Of a stretch of DNA of 58,732 nucleotides, positions 57,871 to 58,732 are shown piece by piece (position 1 is the stretch's first letter; each line of letters starts with the position of its first letter). The translations under genes and the position numbers were made by a program. The notes under the pieces were generated by a model, which made no database searches, was not told the origin of the DNA, and was given only the letters and a program-made list of their open reading frames with translations. The DNA comes from Candidatus Cryosericum sp. GTDB lineage: Bacteria; Caldisericota; Caldisericia; Cryosericales; Cryosericaceae. The stretch is from NCBI GenBank assembly GCA_035369785.1, contig DAOOUZ010000001.1:1-58732 (forward strand), given 5' to 3'.

Positions 57871-58732
57871 ATGGTCTCACAGAAAGGCTATTGGGAGGAC
57901 GGCACCATCTTCGAGTTCGAAGCAACTGTTGCAGCGGCGGAAGCAAGTGCCAGGGGACTGGTCGTACGCCTCGACAAGACGTACTTCTATCCGGAGTCGG
58001 GGGGTCAACTTGGGGACGGCGGAACAGTTGCCGGTGTCGAGGTGGTCACCGCGCAACAGGACGACCTGGGGCCATATGTCGTGCTCCCCGTGGGCACGCT
58101 TCTCCGGGCTGGGGAGCATGTAGCATGCACCGTCGATGCCGAGAGAAGGGGCCGTCACACGCAGCTGCACTCTGCTCAGCATATCTTGAGCAGAATCCTG
58201 GACAATCAGGGCATTGCGACCCTTTCGTTTCATATGAGCGACCAGGACGCCAGCATAGAGACCAGCATGCCAGAGGTAGACGAGCGCTTCCTGCTGGACA
58301 CTGAGTGGGCGGTCGAGTGCGAAATCTGGAGATGCCTTCCTGTGGAGACACTCTTTGTCAGCCGCGACGACCTCGGGAAGTACGATGTCCGCAAGGTACC
58401 TGAACTGCGAGAGGGCCCTCTCAGACTGGTCCGCATCGGAGATCTGGACACCAATCCCTGTGGTGGTACTCATGTGCGGTCGACTGGAGAAATCGGCGGG
58501 TTTACCATTACCCGCACCGACAAGGTGCGCAGCAACGTGCGCCTGTACTTTGTGGCCGGGAGGACCGAAACAGCATACCGCAGACGGCAGCGAAAGGTAC
58601 TGGATACCCTGGAAGGGAAACTAACATGCGGGCTCGAAGATCTCTCGGGCGCCGTGGACAAGCTGCAACGGCACAGTCATGAGCTGACGCGGTACGTAGA
58701 ATCGCTCTCCTCTCTTGTGGCAGATTCCCTTC
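57871..58732 (+). CDS. Alanyl-tRNA editing (AlaX-like) protein, 3' end beyond window edge
   Basis: Manual translation: MVSQKGYWEDG...LDKTYFYPESGGQLGD, HSAQHILS (HxxxH), NPCGGTHV (CxxxH); open to the edge. Confidence 0.92.
   Translation, partial: MVSQKGYWEDGTIFEFEATVAAAEASARGLVVRLDKTYFYPESGGQLGDGGTVAGVEVVTAQQDDLGPYVVLPVGTLLRAGEHVACTVDAERRGRHTQLHSAQHILSRILDNQGIATLSFHMSDQDASIETSMPEVDERFLLDTEWAVECEIWRCLPVETLFVSRDDLGKYDVRKVPELREGPLRLVRIGDLDTNPCGGTHVRSTGEIGGFTITRTDKVRSNVRLYFVAGRTETAYRRRQRKVLDTLEGKLTCGLEDLSGAVDKLQRHSHELTRYVESLSSLVADSL

Noticed and set aside
57877-58473. 198-aa minus ORF
   Set aside because: Antisense shadow of the AlaX-like gene.

Overview
GC-rich bacterial chromosomal segment, mostly housekeeping and metabolic genes. 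The stalk/copper-amine-oxidase-N surface protein and gene content suggest an anaerobe such as Caldisericota; this is inference only. Order: lexA (cut by the left edge, missed by the ORF track) with tandem palindromic operator-like boxes; C69 dipeptidase, PatB/MalY, PAP2-like protein, two GT2s and a divergent CrtO-like acyltransferase; an accessory region (about 7-16.8 kb) ending at tRNA-Ala(GGC) with a frameshifted beta-propeller surface protein, gene remnants, a degenerate copy of the tRNA 3' end and a 1275-aa secreted papain-like/B-repeat protein; dtd, gabT; a glpQ-glpK-G3P dehydrogenase operon with codA wedged inside; an active/inactive amidohydrolase pair; plsY, mntP, udp, P-II-like, ThiS/MoaD, glnA, purine-type deaminase; tRNA-Leu(CAA); ECF sigma module, glmM, glmS, tRNA-Arg(CCG); topB; comEA-comEC-polA-coaE-PD-(D/E)XK nuclease; L,D-transpeptidase, tRNA-Leu(CAG), rnj, a divergent lgt, rarA and an AlaX-type gene cut by the right edge. 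I saw no CRISPR array, intact transposase or prophage, and no clearly new multi-gene system that the sequence alone proves. Best leads: the candidate SOS box, the CrtO/GT2/PAP2 lipid module, the pseudo-amidohydrolase pair, codA inside the glycerol operon, the non-canonical Lgt and the decayed tRNA-Ala island. All family assignments come from motif recognition, not database searches.
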